Shown: in pieces, positions 40,039-53,524 of the stretch
How positions within the stretch are numbered: position 1 is the first letter of the stretch
Layout of the letters: each line of letters opens with the position of its first letter
Assembly (NCBI GenBank): GCA_964016885.1
Contig: OZ024740.1
Location: 169,446,001-169,510,000, forward strand
DNA length: 64,000 nucleotides
Source of the DNA: Eledone cirrhosa
Lineage: Eukaryota
Direction: 5' to 3'
Position numbers and translations under genes: made by a program
Notes under the pieces: model-generated
Told to the model about the DNA's origin: nothing
Databases searched by the model: none
Seen by the model: only the letters and a program-made list of their open reading frames with translations

Positions 40039-40097
40039 TAAATAAGTAAATAATTAAATATTCTTAAAAGACTCCAGCTGCATTTTCAATTTCCTTT

Positions 40098-40138
<41 letters not shown>

Positions 40139-40139
40139 T

Positions 40140-40793
40140 TAGAAAATAGAAGCTTTTACCGTATTTTCTGACTAAAGAAATTTTAGCCTGATAGTGGGGT
40201 TTAGAACCCTTAGAGAAATGGAAAAAGATGAGTATTGACGTACATGGGAGTCGAACCCACATCTTTGGTTATCCAGACCACTGTGCTACCGTTACACCAA
40301 CACATCCCCCATCCCCTTCCATTCAAATTAGAAGTTACATTCTTAGCAAGTATGATGACAAGTAAGTATGTTTTGAAACAGTGAGCAAGTTTGAAAATAG
40401 AAAATAGAAGCTTTCACGCTATTTTTTGACTAAAGAAATTTTAGCCTGATTTAGGAGATGGGTGATGTGTTGGTGTAATGGTAACACAGTGGTCTGGATA
40501 ACCAAATATGTGGGTTCGACTCCCATATACGTCAATACTCATCTTTTTCCATTTCCCTGAAGGTTCTAAACCCCACTATCAGACTAACATTTCTTTTAGT
40601 CAAAAAATACCGTGAAAGCTTCTATTTTCTAATTTCAAACTTGCTCTCTGTTTCAAAACATACTTACTTGTCATCATACTTGCTAAGAATGTAGCTTCTA
40701 ATTTGAATGAAAGGAGATGGGTGATGTGTTGGTGTAATGGTAGCACAGTGGTCTGTATAACCAAAGATGTGGGTTCGACTCCCATGTAGGTCA
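40140..40793. repeat. 259-bp tRNA-containing unit in inverted-tandem arrangement
   Basis: 40140-40450 is in opposite orientation to 40453-40793; tRNA-like 71-mers at 40236-40306 (-), 40464-40534 (+) and 40723-40793 (+). Confidence 0.85.
40464..40534 (+). tRNA. tRNA-like sequence (pseudo-tRNA or element head), anticodon GGA with short variable arm
   Basis: Acceptor gatgtgt/atacgtc-a, D stem gtgt/acac, anticodon stem tggt/acca, T arm gtggg-ttcgact-cccat; D-arm resembles tRNA-Gln. Confidence 0.55.
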
Positions 40794-41584
40794 AGAATCC
40801 TTTAATGTATGATAGTAGAATACACTATATTGTAAAATCAGGCATAAATATACAGGGTTATGTAACAGAGATCCATTGGTATCACATTATATTGTGTATT
40901 AGAACAAAGAATTTTAATAACGGAACTGAACTTAATTAGCTAGTTACCTCCCCTTACGCATTAGCTCCCCTTATTCACTTCCGGAAATTAACGATTGAAA
41001 ATGTAACGGTTGATCAAATATAGTCTATGAATATGAATTCATTAAGACTAATTTACAATCCATTGCTCTAACTAACTTAAAACACTCAATATAAACACCA
41101 ACTAAAGTTTATTTCAACATATGTCATGGAAAAGTCTGCAAAAACTGTATGTTTCTCAACACACATTAATTCGAACACCATAAACATCCAACACCCACCA
41201 TAGACTCTCATACGTTAACACAATTGCTTTAACTGCATTATTTATTCATCTATATATGCATAATAGCTTTGCTTGTCTCCTTCTCATGTATATGACTTAC
41301 GCAGTCACAATATCCACACGCCTGCATATGAATTGTTATCGCACTCTTCCTTTCTCAAAACTGCTTCCTCAATGCCTCTTTAATATTTGGACTGTTCCCG
41401 TGTTTTAACTGTTGCATATATTCCACTCCGTATTTTTGATTTTGATTTTGATTTTAATTTGAATTTGAACTTGAATGCTTGTACAATTCTCGTAAAATAT
41501 ATGTCGCATCCATTCCACCCTGTAAATATGAAACTTGCTCACAACATCAATTCATATGTATCTGTATTATTGTTCAGTTGAAAA

Positions 41585-41770
41585 GGGCGGTGGATTGGCA
41601 GTATCGGTGGAGGGTCGGACGCCATGCTTTCCAGCATAGTTACGTCCCTTTACGATCTGAGTTCAAATCCCGCCGAGGTTGACTTTGCCTTTCATCCTTA
41701 CGGGGTCGATGAAATCAAGTACCAGTAACGCACTGGGTAATTGCTGGCCTTGTGCCTAAAGTAGAAACAA
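41585..41770 (+). mobile_element. tRNA-derived SINE with 17-bp TSD
   Basis: TSD attattgttcagttgaa at 41566 and 41770; nearly identical to 13516-13697. Confidence 0.92.
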
Positions 41771-42238
41771 TTATTGTTCAGTTGAATAGGAGGTTAATTA
41801 TATGTCCAAACATTGATAATGCTCCGATTACCCCAAACGAGAGTTTGGAAGAAACGATTGTCAGCTATTAAATTATTTGATAATTGTATAATTTGATAAT
41901 TGTATAATTTATTGATTTAACTGTTCTGTAAAACAACTGATGTTCATACACTGAGCTATTTCCTTTACTGGTAATAAGGTTAATAAGAAATTACTGACCT
42001 TCCTGTTTGTAGTTGTTTATACTATATACATAACTACAAATAGTATTATTATTATTATATATATCTATATATATAACGAAGGAATTGTGGTAAGGTACAA
42101 TATGGACCATAACGCACCAGAGTACTCAATACTTAGGGTAGTAGAGTGGGTAATAGGAAAAAGTATGACACCGACGCAGAACTCAAGCCGTTTCGACGTC
42201 TAAACGGCTTGTGCTCTGCCGTCGGGGTCATACCTTTT

Positions 42239-42275
<37 letters not shown>

Positions 42276-42412
42276 AGAATAGGATTGGCTGTGTAGTTGC
42301 TGGTTAAGTTAGGCTTAAAAATGGAATGAGAATAAGAAGAAAGCAAGAACGGAGGTGGGTTACTCATCAGTTGTCTACTGGGGGTCTCGGATATTTCAGC
42401 ACTTTAAAGACA

Positions 42413-42461
<49 letters not shown>

Positions 42462-44050
42462 ATCCACTGATATGGATTCTGAACACGTGCACACGCTTTG
42501 GTCACATTAACGTCAACTGCAGGAATCGGTGTTAAGTTACAAAAAAATATGACCAAGATGTTGGCTTACCATGAGATTATGTTATCCGACTTATTATGGC
42601 GTGTTTTCTGGGGTTATGTCGATTGCAGGGAGGAATGGGATGGTTTTATTGAATTGCTTCAGTCATTCGAAGGGCTTTACGAACGGTGATATACAAGGTG
42701 CTTCAACAGTACCTGAATATGTTCACTCGGTTATAATTTCTTCAATAGATGCGATGACTTCGTCAATTGTTCTGTGTTTGTTCTTGAGCGTTAAGGCAGT
42801 AAGTTTGCTATTCATTTTGGATATATATTTAGCCATTAATTTTGGATGTATATTTAGCTATTACAGACACATTCATATTCACATATAAAATGTGACGTCC
42901 TAATAAAAATAAAAATTATCACGTATATATTCACACACACATACACTCACACACATACACTCACACACACATATACTTACACACACATACATTCTGACAT
43001 ACACTCACACACACTTTAACATACACTCACACACATACACTAAGATAGGCACACACACGCATACATTCACTCACACCTGTCTGTCATCACATATGTATCT
43101 GTATGCATAGACGTGTGTGTGTGTTTAATTATCTGTGTGCACACTCATATACAAAATGTAACGTTGTCGTGGTGGTGGTGGTGGTTTACTATAGTTGACT
43201 AAAAAATATCGTTATGTCAGTCAACACACATACACTCAGACACACATACACTATCACATACACTCACAGACACAAATACACTCTAACATACATTCACATA
43301 CATATACTAAGACAGGCACATACACATAGAAAATGTGACGTCTACACTCTCACATACACTCACACACATTATGTGTATGTATGTGTAGATGTGTGAGTGT
43401 TTAATTCTCTGAGGCCTAACATACATAACAAACGCACAAACACACAAACACACACACACACTCACAAACACATATACACTCATATACACAATGTGAGTCG
43501 TGGTGGTGGTGGTGGTGGTGGTTTACTATAGTTGACTATAAAAATATCCCCTCTCTTTCTCTCTTGTCACCGCTCTGTCATCCCCTCTCTCTGTTTCTCT
43601 ACATGAAGAACAAATAAATGAAGAACAAAAAAACAAAACAAATAAGTTGTTGCCTCGTTTCGGTGGACTAAGTTGTGGGAGGAGGTATGGGAGTAGTGGG
43701 AAGGAGGGTGTAATGGCCCCAGGAGTTCCGTTATTCCTTTTTATTGAAATCCAATTAGCCAGTCCTGTTTCTGAATATTAGTTTAACATGTGTGTAAAGT
43801 TTCATCAGGATTGGATCACTGGTGCAGTCGCGAAATGGTTACACATAGACAGACAGAAATTGCCATTTATATAGTAGATAGATATATCCGTACTTACCCT
43901 CATATATATATATGATGAGTTGATATGAAGACCCATAGTTCTATTTTCTACTAGGTGGAATTTTCAGTTTTCTCAATATCAGATAGAGACAGCCGTTTTA
44001 AGAATGATATTCTCGAAATTATCTTTCTTACTAATTCTAATCAATTTCAG

Positions 44051-44272
44051 GTTTGATTGACAAATTTTGGGTTGGCCAAGAAAGAATATCTTCATCTTTT
44101 CATTGGATATATCCTGAATATAAATGGAGACGAACAGTAGATGTAGATTCCCGCTGGGATAATGCCAAGACTGGCTACACGTGTTCGAATGCTACAGCGT
44201 TTATATGGGAAGAGAAATCCGCAATGTGCTACATCATATGTGAGATAGAAAAACCTTTGACTCCCATCACAG
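44051..44272 (+). CDS. Host gene exon 3: C-terminal half of the C-type lectin-like domain
   Basis: Acceptor aatttcag|, donor ag|gtaagt, 222 nt, phase 1/1. FWVG..FHW..W..C..W..CYIICE matches the CTLD WIG/ICE pattern. Confidence 0.78.
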
Positions 44273-44679
44273 GTAAGTTTAAAATCTATATAAGGCTACC
44301 ATTAAAAATCTTTGTCCCAAAACATTTTCGGATCTGGATTTAAATTAAGATGGATCTAAGTATGTCTCCCACATGCTCTCCCAGGGAAACTGACGGTATA
44401 TCAGTCAATATTGAACTGAATAAACACTTCATAGAAAAATTACTTAAGACGCCAAACAGTATAGGAATTCATGATTTCTACGTAAGTATATATATTGAAA
44501 ATATTTCGAGACTCAAAAATATGCACATACATGTCGACTTATTTATACATGTGCACTTATGAGTACATAAGAATTCACATATAGAGCAGTTCATGAAATA
44601 CGGGAAGTGGCAGTCTGCTGCGCAAGTGACGAGTTTTGGGGTTTGGATGGTCTGCCCAACGTGCATTACATGTACATAC

Positions 44680-46365
44680 CAGAATATTTCAGTGAAACCT
44701 TGGCAGACATCTAACCCGACTGGCAGTAGAAGGGGAGATCGCAGAAAATTGCCGGCCTATAACCTTGCTCAACAAAGTTCACGATTTTGGTCAAACTGTT
44801 AGCAAAGAGGTTGGCGCTTGTCGTGAACGATCTAGTTGGTGAGGCGCACACAGTGACGTCTGCTCGGTGGTCAGAGTGAATACTCACTTATCGGAGCCGT
44901 TCAATATACGCCCGGACCGTCAGAGAAACCTTCTCTCATCTCTCTTATACCTACTGATTCTAGAGCCATCAGTGCACAAGTTGGATGCGCAAAGTGACAT
45001 CACATGTGAACTAAGATGTGGTAAAGCCATGTCGGTATATGTCAATGACGTCCCCATAGTGGTGTCGAGCACCAAACTAAGAATATCGAGATAATCAGCG
45101 TAGCTTTAAGTGAGTATGAGGCAGTGATAACTATGAAACAAAAGATAACTACTAAAATCGGTGCGACTGCGGCTCGGCACCAAATTCATGCATGTCGTCC
45201 AACAATGTCACCGGGCACTGGAGAGTTGAGTCGATGAAGCTAATCAGGGTTTGGTTCGATCCAAGTCTCCTGTCTCCAGCAGACCATAATCTGGGACGTA
45301 GTAACGAAGTAGAAGAAGAAATCGGTCAAGAAGAAACTATCCTCATAAAACCGTGTAGGGGTAGCGGATGCATACATTCCCCCCTTCATCTACTATTACC
45401 TAAGTGTCGTGCCTTACCCGAGTCCAAGCCCGATTACATTGAAGCCCCTTCACTTTTGAATTGTGTAGCTGGAACACGTTCCAATAATCAAGTAGTCCAT
45501 TTACTGTTAGTACTAGCTGCAGGGCAGAATGGACATGCAGTGGTTGATGATGCGCAGACTTGCACTGAGATTCGACATCTCTGGTGTTTTCTTGACGGAG
45601 AATAGGTGTGGTCTCCGTTCGTCAGACATATTTTCCCAGCTCGACACCTTGGCGGAATTGCAGTCCTGAGTCAAATAAAACTGAGATGGAGCACTTTGCA
45701 AGTTGACTCTTGTCAATCATCCACAGTCATCTTCAAGTCGGGCACTGCGTTCAGTAGAAAATCCATTTTGCGTATTATGGAGGATTAGTAGTGGAGGAAT
45801 TCGACAACGATCTTGGGGAGACTTTGGGCATTGAAAACTATCAACTAACCGCTCTTGTCTGGAGAACATTCGCGTCATGACTGATGGATAACTTCCAGAA
45901 ATAGTTGTCCTGGCAGTGCTAAGTGAGGCTACTGGCCCTTCAATATAAGCTCTACTGGTACGAACGTGCCATCAGTCGGATCTGTCCATGATGCACGTTG
46001 AGCGATAAAACCGATCTGCACGTATTCATCCGGTGTCCGAACATTCCCAGTTCATGGAGTTACGTCGAACATCCAATGTCACGTGTTAGACTGATCTGGG
46101 TGTCAACCGAGTCCATTATTTAGATAACACGGCCATTTCTTTTTAGTCGGGAAGGGAAGGTATTTTTCCTGAGACTACAGACCATGGTGAAAGAAATTCT
46201 GTGGTGGACATGGTTTTAAGGGTTGAGGACAGACATATCCTCTTTCGTGAAACACTGACTATCTTTTTCAAGTTTCACTTGAAGAGGACAACCCTGTTGA
46301 TCGGTAGATGAGAGTAACGAGCATAGTCCGAGTGAACGGTCCCGCTATCTGTATACACCTAATAA
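44680..46365 (+). mobile_element. Old degenerate L1-Tx1 LINE related to 27606-29700
   Basis: Recognisable homology (ttagcaaagaggttggcgcttgtcgt, gagccgttcaatat, aacttccagaaa..tggcagtgcta, gtgaacggtcc). Confidence 0.8.
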
Positions 46366-46563
46366 TGTATCACCTAGTTTTGAAGGAAAAGTGGGATATA
46401 TGGTAAATTAATGCGAATCTTACATTTTTGGTATTGTTTCTTTAGATTTTCATTCGGAGTACTGGGTTATGTAACGACACATCTGCATAAAATCGTAATC
46501 ATATACACGCAACACACCCTCGTCCACTAAAGAGATATGGTCACACAAATTCAATCCCACGCA

Positions 46564-46610
<47 letters not shown>

Positions 46611-47105
46611 GTATATGTACAAACCCACATGTTCTCATACGTGGAACTGTCACCACTAAAAAAAGCCTTTTGTCACTTGGTTAATGACCAGTTCGAATTG
46701 TACAGAGAACATAAATATATATCAAACACACTCACAGACTCATTCACACGTGCTCACACACACGTGCACACACACACACTGGCGGATAAAAGTGGATTAT
46801 CGCCTGTGTGACTCTGCCACCAATCTGCTTACATGCCATAATACTGCATTACCATTACACTAAAGAAGGCAACCACCCATTTCTGCATATTTTAACCAAT
46901 ACAAATAGAAAGTTTAGGAAGTGAATCAGCATTGAAATTTCAAAGTGTACTTTTTGTTACAAAGAAACACCAAGCATGAATTTTTCCTAACTGTAAACTG
47001 CCGTGGCAGAAAAACCGGATAATCACCTGTGGGTTATACTTTCGATTTATTTATAACTATCGCATGTCACAAAATAATTATTCTTATTCTTGTCTTTAGT
47101 CTCAG

Positions 47106-47213
47106 GTTACACAGGCAAAACCTGCAATCAAATCTATTGCTATGGTGATACATTTCAAAAGCGGCAGATTTTAACTGGTGCAGAATATAAATTCATCAAA
47201 GATAATTTACAAA
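47106..47213 (+). CDS. Host gene exon 4: Cys-containing linker GYTGKTCNQIYCYGD...
   Basis: Acceptor tctttagtctcag| (alternative in-frame acceptor 6 nt upstream), donor |gtaagt, 108 nt, phase 1/1, open frame. Confidence 0.65.
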
Positions 47214-47316
47214 GTAAGTTATATGATTTTCCTTCATTGTTGTTGAAATAAATTAAAAACCAAGTCTTACTTTATATTTTTATTTACAGAATAATTATTT
47301 AATCAACCAGAATCCC

Positions 47317-47317
47317 G

Positions 47318-47367
<50 letters not shown>

Positions 47368-47486
47368 CTTCTTCTTCTTCTTCTTCTTCTTCTTCTTCTT
47401 CTTCTTCTTCTTCTTCTTCTTCTTCTTCTTCTTCTTCTTCTTCTTCTTCTTCTTCTTCTTCTTCTTCTTCTTCTTCTTCTTCTTCT
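47317..47486. repeat. (GTT)n(CTT)n microsatellite
   Basis: Direct reading. Confidence 0.97.
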
Positions 47487-47515
47487 ATATAAATAAAATA
47501 AAATAAATAAGTCAA

Positions 47516-47715
47516 NNNNNNNNNNNNNNNNNNNNNNNNNNNNNNNNNNNNNNNNNNNNNNNNNNNNNNNNNNNNNNNNNNNNNNNNNNNNNNNNNNNNN
47601 NNNNNNNNNNNNNNNNNNNNNNNNNNNNNNNNNNNNNNNNNNNNNNNNNNNNNNNNNNNNNNNNNNNNNNNNNNNNNNNNNNNNNNNNNNNNNNNNNNNN
47701 NNNNNNNNNNNNNNN
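47516..47715. other. Assembly gap (200 N)
   Basis: Run of N. Confidence 1.
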
Positions 47716-47761
47716 TGTGTATACGTACATACATATATGTATACAGACGTACAGTAGCATG

Positions 47762-47812
<51 letters not shown>

Positions 47813-48012
47813 GGCATAAAAATTCAGGCTGTTCAGTTTGTTTACAAACGAACAAAGCGGCGTTATAATAAACGTCTGCTAAAATGATACGTGCATATAT
47901 GTATGTGTACCTGTATGTATATGTGTATATATATATATATATATAGATATATGTGTGCATGCTACTGTACGTCTGTATACATATATGTATGTACGTATAC
48001 ACACATACTTAC

Positions 48013-48056
<44 letters not shown>

Positions 48057-48169
48057 GGTCCAGGAAGATATCAGAGCAATTTACATACGTTATAAGGGCC
48101 AGACACATTATAAAAATGGCTGTGAAGTGACAAGCCAGGCAGCCGAAAAAGCGAGCAAGCTAAAGGGGT

Positions 48170-48199
<30 letters not shown>

Positions 48200-48205
<6 letters not shown>

Positions 48206-51200
48206 AAATAAAATAAATAAGTCAAATGTTTAAAATTTGGCTTCGTTTATTACTGCTATATATATTTCGGTGACAGCTATCTTTGGCTGTGACCTCTTCA
48301 GGCAGTCCGAATTAGTGTGGTAGAGACGAGTACACATGTTGTTGAGGTGTATAACTTTGTCAATACTCTGATATGCCCAGTTCCTGGTTGGGTTATTATT
48401 TCACCGAGGAACTGGAATCATATGAATTTAAACAAACGAATTTCAGCGTCAAAGGGCCTCTTCTCCTCTCATTGGTCAATTGTTAGAACATTCCTCAGTC
48501 AAAAGTCTATAGAAATTCGTTCTGAGGCAAGCCAATCTGTAGTTGTTGTTTTTGTTATTGTTAGGTATATCTGACCCCTATTCAAATGTTGGTAGTAGTG
48601 TTGTTGTTGGAGTCAGCTAAAAAAAGGTGATAAAGTGGTAGAAGGATTAAGATGGTAAAGGAACAAAATAAAATAGAGTAATCGAATAAAATGTGTGTGT
48701 GTTATACCCATCTCAATGTTATAAAGATTTGTAAGGTCAAACTTCCCATTGGTCAGTTTTGAGAGCATTCCTCAATCCAAAGTCTATAGAAATTCTTTCT
48801 GGGGTGAGGCTCCCTGTAGTGTTTGTGTTTGCTATTGTTAAGTACATCTGACCTCTATCCTTATTTTGGTAGTGTTGTTGGTGTTGTGGTCAGCTTGTGT
48901 CTTGCTGCTGCTGACAATTTAGAAGTATCTGTGTGTGTGTTTCTTCATCCCTCCTGCCACCATCTCCTGTGGTGGTGGTGGTGGTGGTAGGGTGGGTGGG
49001 GGTGGGGGTCTGTCGTGTATATGAAGAAATAGAAGGCAATAAAATGAAGAAAACAGAAAACAGAAAATAAATAATAAATAGAGAATAAAGGAAAAATTAA
49101 TGAAAAAGTAATGAAAAAGTAATGAAAAATGAATATGGAAATGAAAAATGAAGATGAAAAGTGAAAAATAAAAATGAAGATTCAAATAAAATAAGATAAA
49201 ATGTATGTGTGCTATAACCAATCTCAAGGTCAGAAATATGTTGGATAGAGAGGTAGGAGGAACAAGATGGTAAAAGAATAAAACGAAATAGGATAATCAA
49301 ATAAAATGTGTGTTATAACCAATCTCAACTTAAATATAAATATAAGGTGATAAAGTGAAGAAAACAGAAAACAAATAACAAAAGAATGAGAAATCAAAAA
49401 TGAAAAATCAAAAATCAAGTAAATTAAAATGTTTGTGTGTTATAAAGATGTTGGCCAAATTATAAAGGCTGTGTCAGAAGCAATCTCTCTGCTATCATGG
49501 TGTCTTTCTCAGCCTGGGTTGGTCCCTATGGCTTGAGGGGAATCCCAACCTATGGTGTTGTTACTGCCCATATAGCTTGAGGGAGGTCTGGCCGAGAGGT
49601 GTCTACATGTGCTGGAGAAGTCCCTATAGCTTGAGGAGAGTTCACATCTTATTGTGTTGCTACTGTCCATATATCTTGAGGAAGGTCCCAGCCCTGAGGT
49701 GTCTGCATGTCCCGAAGAAGTCGGTTCTGAGATTTATCAGGCCGCTTCCACCTCTTAGTATCTCGAGGGTCTCGTTCAGACATAGTTTGCATATACCAGA
49801 TCCCCCTTTATCGGGTGGTACTTTCCTGATTATGGACCAGGCCAGAGAGTACGGTGCCTGTCCAGCTTAAGCTTCCAGATCAGGTCGGAGAGAGCCGTAC
49901 TTTTCCTTTTGGCCTCCTTATTGAAGGAATGGCGATGGTTATACCAGCGATCTTTAAAGCTCGTTGATGTGACTCCGATGTAGAGGTGTTCGGAGTTGGA
50001 GGTTTTAACCTTACAACCGTATACTAGGTTCTTCTTAAGGCATTCATTTCCAAGGGGGCATGATTCGGAGTTTCTGCAGTTGCAGAGGGTGGTCGACCTT
50101 TACGTGCCTAGATTGGGGTTCCCGTTAGATGTTACATGGTGGTTTTCCCCCAGGCACGGTGAGGTGGGGGTCCCAGGGTCTGTTTGGGTTTCTTGGGTGG
50201 GTACTGGGTCCCCCTTCCCTCCTTTCAGATTGTTCTGCTGAGTGCTTGTATTTCCATCTTCTGGTTGTGTGTGGTTTTTAAGCCTACTCCTGTTGATGCT
50301 AGCTATGTGTTGGGTCAGCTCAGGTGGAATACGAGAGCTTCACAGTGTGTCTGTTGAAGATCTTGTGGTATCTATGGTCCCTCGGGAATCATTTATCAAG
50401 TGCTCCAAAGAATGAACGAGCCAAGCTGTTCTTTAGAGCCGCTGAGTAGGGTGGGTTGTACCACGTGATTTTTCTGTGTCTCCTCCTATATGTGTGGGTC
50501 GGGGGCGTCATGAGTTGTTGGAGATTTGTTGCGTTGCTGGTGGTTCCCGCATTGTTGCTTCCCCTTTGGGCGCTATGCGTTTTGCTATCTTCACGGCCCG
50601 AATCTGTGGGGTGGTCGTTGCCTGCGCTTGGAGATCTACCGTGAGGTGTTCCCCTGTTCCCCCCACGTGTCATGAGGTTGGTGTCGTCGGGCCTAGGGCG
50701 GTTAGCTTCACCCCTGAGACTGCTACTCATATTGGGTTTCATCTCATGGTTAAGCGTACTCGTCACCAACGCCCGTGTGCTGGTGTCGGGCTCATGGTGC
50801 CTATTTGTTTCTGTTCTGCCTGTATTGTTAGGGTTGCCCCTCCCCGGACAACGCGAGTGTGGGTGTCCGTTGGGCCATCCCCAACCCAGCGTTTCGGACA
50901 ATATGTTATATTTTAGCCATGTGCCGCCTTATTTAGAGCTGCGTTGTAATATTGCGCGTTGTTATCGAATATTTCCTTTCTTGCGGACAGGTTGGAGATC
51001 CTGTCCGAGACACTCTTCACAACAGCCTTGGTTATGGATCTAGGGTGGTTTGACTTGGCGTTAACATACACGAGTATCTCGTTTGGCTTGTGGTAGGGGT
51101 AGTATTGTTCGGTGTTCAGGTTTAGGGTGGTGTCTAGGAAGTTAAATACCTTTCTATTTGGGTCAAGTTCTATGCTGAGCCTCTGGTTCTTAAAGAAATG

Positions 51201-53320
51201 GCGAATACGCCTCCTCATTCCCTCCAACATATTGGTGCTTTGGTCATATATTTGAAGAGAGCACCGTCACGATATAATCCGCCGCCCAGTCTGGCGATTT
51301 CATCTTTTATCTGCTTCAGCAGGAAGAGGCCAACAAGGTCCGTTACCTGTGCTCAGTCGCTGGAGCCCATCGTGATGTCAAAGTTATTTGGCCAATCACT
51401 TCTGGTCCAAAGGTCTCCATCGAAACGAATTAAGGTCTTTCTTGCGGCGTGGATGATGCTCACCTCCTCTCGGGTTAGGTCCGTATTGGACATCGCTAAA
51501 AATAGGGCCTTATTGAGTACTATGGGTGAGATTGAGGAGTAGTAGCCTGCGATATCCAGTTGTATAAAGCTGGTCTTACTTTTCTCATGTTGTATCTTAA
51601 ACCATTCTATTACCTCTCCCGTGCATGACCATTGCTGTAATCTAGTTTTTTTCCGAAGTTTGGGCAAAATCCTATCTAGTATTCTTTTACTGACGATCCC
51701 TAGATCAGATCTGGAGGGGGCTATTAGTCTGACAGGGAGTTTGGCTTGTGATCTTTAAGGGTAATACGCGGCTCCCTTGGTTAGTATGGAACCGTCTTGT
51801 CCTCTATGCCGAGTCCAGATATAATCCTGTAAGCTGTGGCATTGATCTCATCCAGGGTAAATCCAGGTGTTTTTTTGTAGCACTTCCTCAGTTCCCTGTG
51901 AATTAGCTTATTATACAGTTCAGTGTTCATGTTGTAGAGGTTGTTGGTTTCGTCAGCATGGACAAGTTGTCTCTGTAAATACTGTAATCCGGTTTCTCAG
52001 GTGTCTGAGGTACTCCTGACTTCTGGTTGGGTTTGCGGAGAATTTGAGGTTGGATATGATGTTAATCATCTCGTTTTCAAACTCCTCCATTAGTCTGTTG
52101 TGGTGGGGGGAGGGGGGATTCCTCCTTGATCGTTAAGGTACTCCATGTTTTCTTCACTTTATCACCTTATATTTATATTTAAGTTGAGATTGGTTATACC
52201 ACACATTTTATTTGATTATCTTATTTCGTTTTATTCTTTTACCATCTTGTTCCTCCTACCACTCTATCCAACATATTTCTGACCTTGAGATTGGTTATAG
52301 CACCCACACATTTTATCTTATTTTATTTGAATCTTCATTTTTATTTTTCACTTTTCATCTTCATTTTTCATTTTCCATATTCATTTTTCATTACTTTTTC
52401 ATTACTTTTTCATTACTTTTTCTTTACTTTTTCATTACTTTTTCATTACTTTTTCATTAACTTTTCATCTATACTCTATTTATTATTTATTTTCTGTTTT
52501 CTTCATTTTATTGCCTTCTATTTCTTCATATACACGGCAGAAAGCCCCCCCCCCACCACAGGAGATGGTGGCAGGAGGGATGAAGAAACACACACACACA
52601 CAGATACTTCTAAATTGTCAGCAGCAGCAAGATATAAGCTGACCACAACACCAACAACACTACCAAAATAAGGGTAGAGGTCAGATGTACTTAACAATAG
52701 CAAACACAAACACTACAGGGAGCCTCACTTCAGAAAGAATTTCTATAGACTTTGGACTGAGGAATGCTCTCAAAACTGACCAATGGGAAGTTTGACCTTA
52801 CAAATCTTTATAACATTGAGATGGGTATAACACACACGCACACACATTTTATTCGATTATTTTATTTTATTTTGTTCCTTTACCATCTTATTCCTTCTAC
52901 CACTTTATCACCTTTTTTTTTAGCTGACTCCAACAACAACACCACTACCAACATAAGAATAGGGGTCAGATATACCTAACAAGAACAACAACTACAGATT
53001 GACTTGCCTCAGAACGAATTTCTATAGACTTTTGACTGAGGAATGTTCTAACAACTGACCAATGAGAGGAGAAGAGGCCCTTTGACGCTGAAATTCGTTT
53101 GTTTAAATTCATATGATTCCAGTTCCTCAGTGAAATAACAACCCAACTAGGAACTGGGTATATCAGAGTATTGACAAAGTTATACACCTCAACAACATGT
53201 GTACTCGTCTCTACCACACTAATTCGGACTGCCTGAAGAGGTCACAGCCAATATATATATAACAGTAATAAACGAAGCCAAATTTTAAACATTTGACTTA
53301 TATATTTTATTTTATTTTAC
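48200..53320 (-). mobile_element. Penelope-like element, probably Hydra clade, with a ~1.17-kb inverted terminal duplication
   Basis: Broken ORF ~49640-52140: W..T.EVIEWF, FIQLDIAGYYSSI, FDITMGS, GLYRD-G, NFLD, WYNPPYS, CNCRNSESC (CxCx5C), LVY..YIG. Arms 48200-49365 and 52147-53320 are inverted copies. Confidence 0.88.
48252..48306 (-). ncRNA. Type I minimal hammerhead at the PLE 3' end
   Basis: actgc CTGAAGA ggtcacagc-caaagata-gctgtcacc GAAA t-atat-a TA gcagt. The inverted copy at 53228-53266 has lost stem II-3' and GAAA. Confidence 0.82.
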
Positions 53321-53524
53321 ATTACTCCGGGGTAACCAAACCAACATGCGCACTTCTTCGAGTGCTCCATTCTGCATACTAAGGTGTTGGTATACAACCA
53401 ACATATACTTAATATATACTATATATACTTAATATATACTATTAGGACCATACAATATATATATTGAGATACTATTTGTTGGATACATCCTACCTATGTA
53501 AAAATCTTGTTTGTATCATTACAG

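Noticed and set aside
40555-40630. ctgaagg...gaaagcttc as a hammerhead in the tRNA repeat
   Set aside because: No stem I pairing and wrong stem III register.
40236-40793. Functional tRNA-Ser or tRNA-Tyr genes
   Set aside because: Missing long variable arm for Ser, pyrimidine at 37, anticodon differs among copies, embedded in a repeat.
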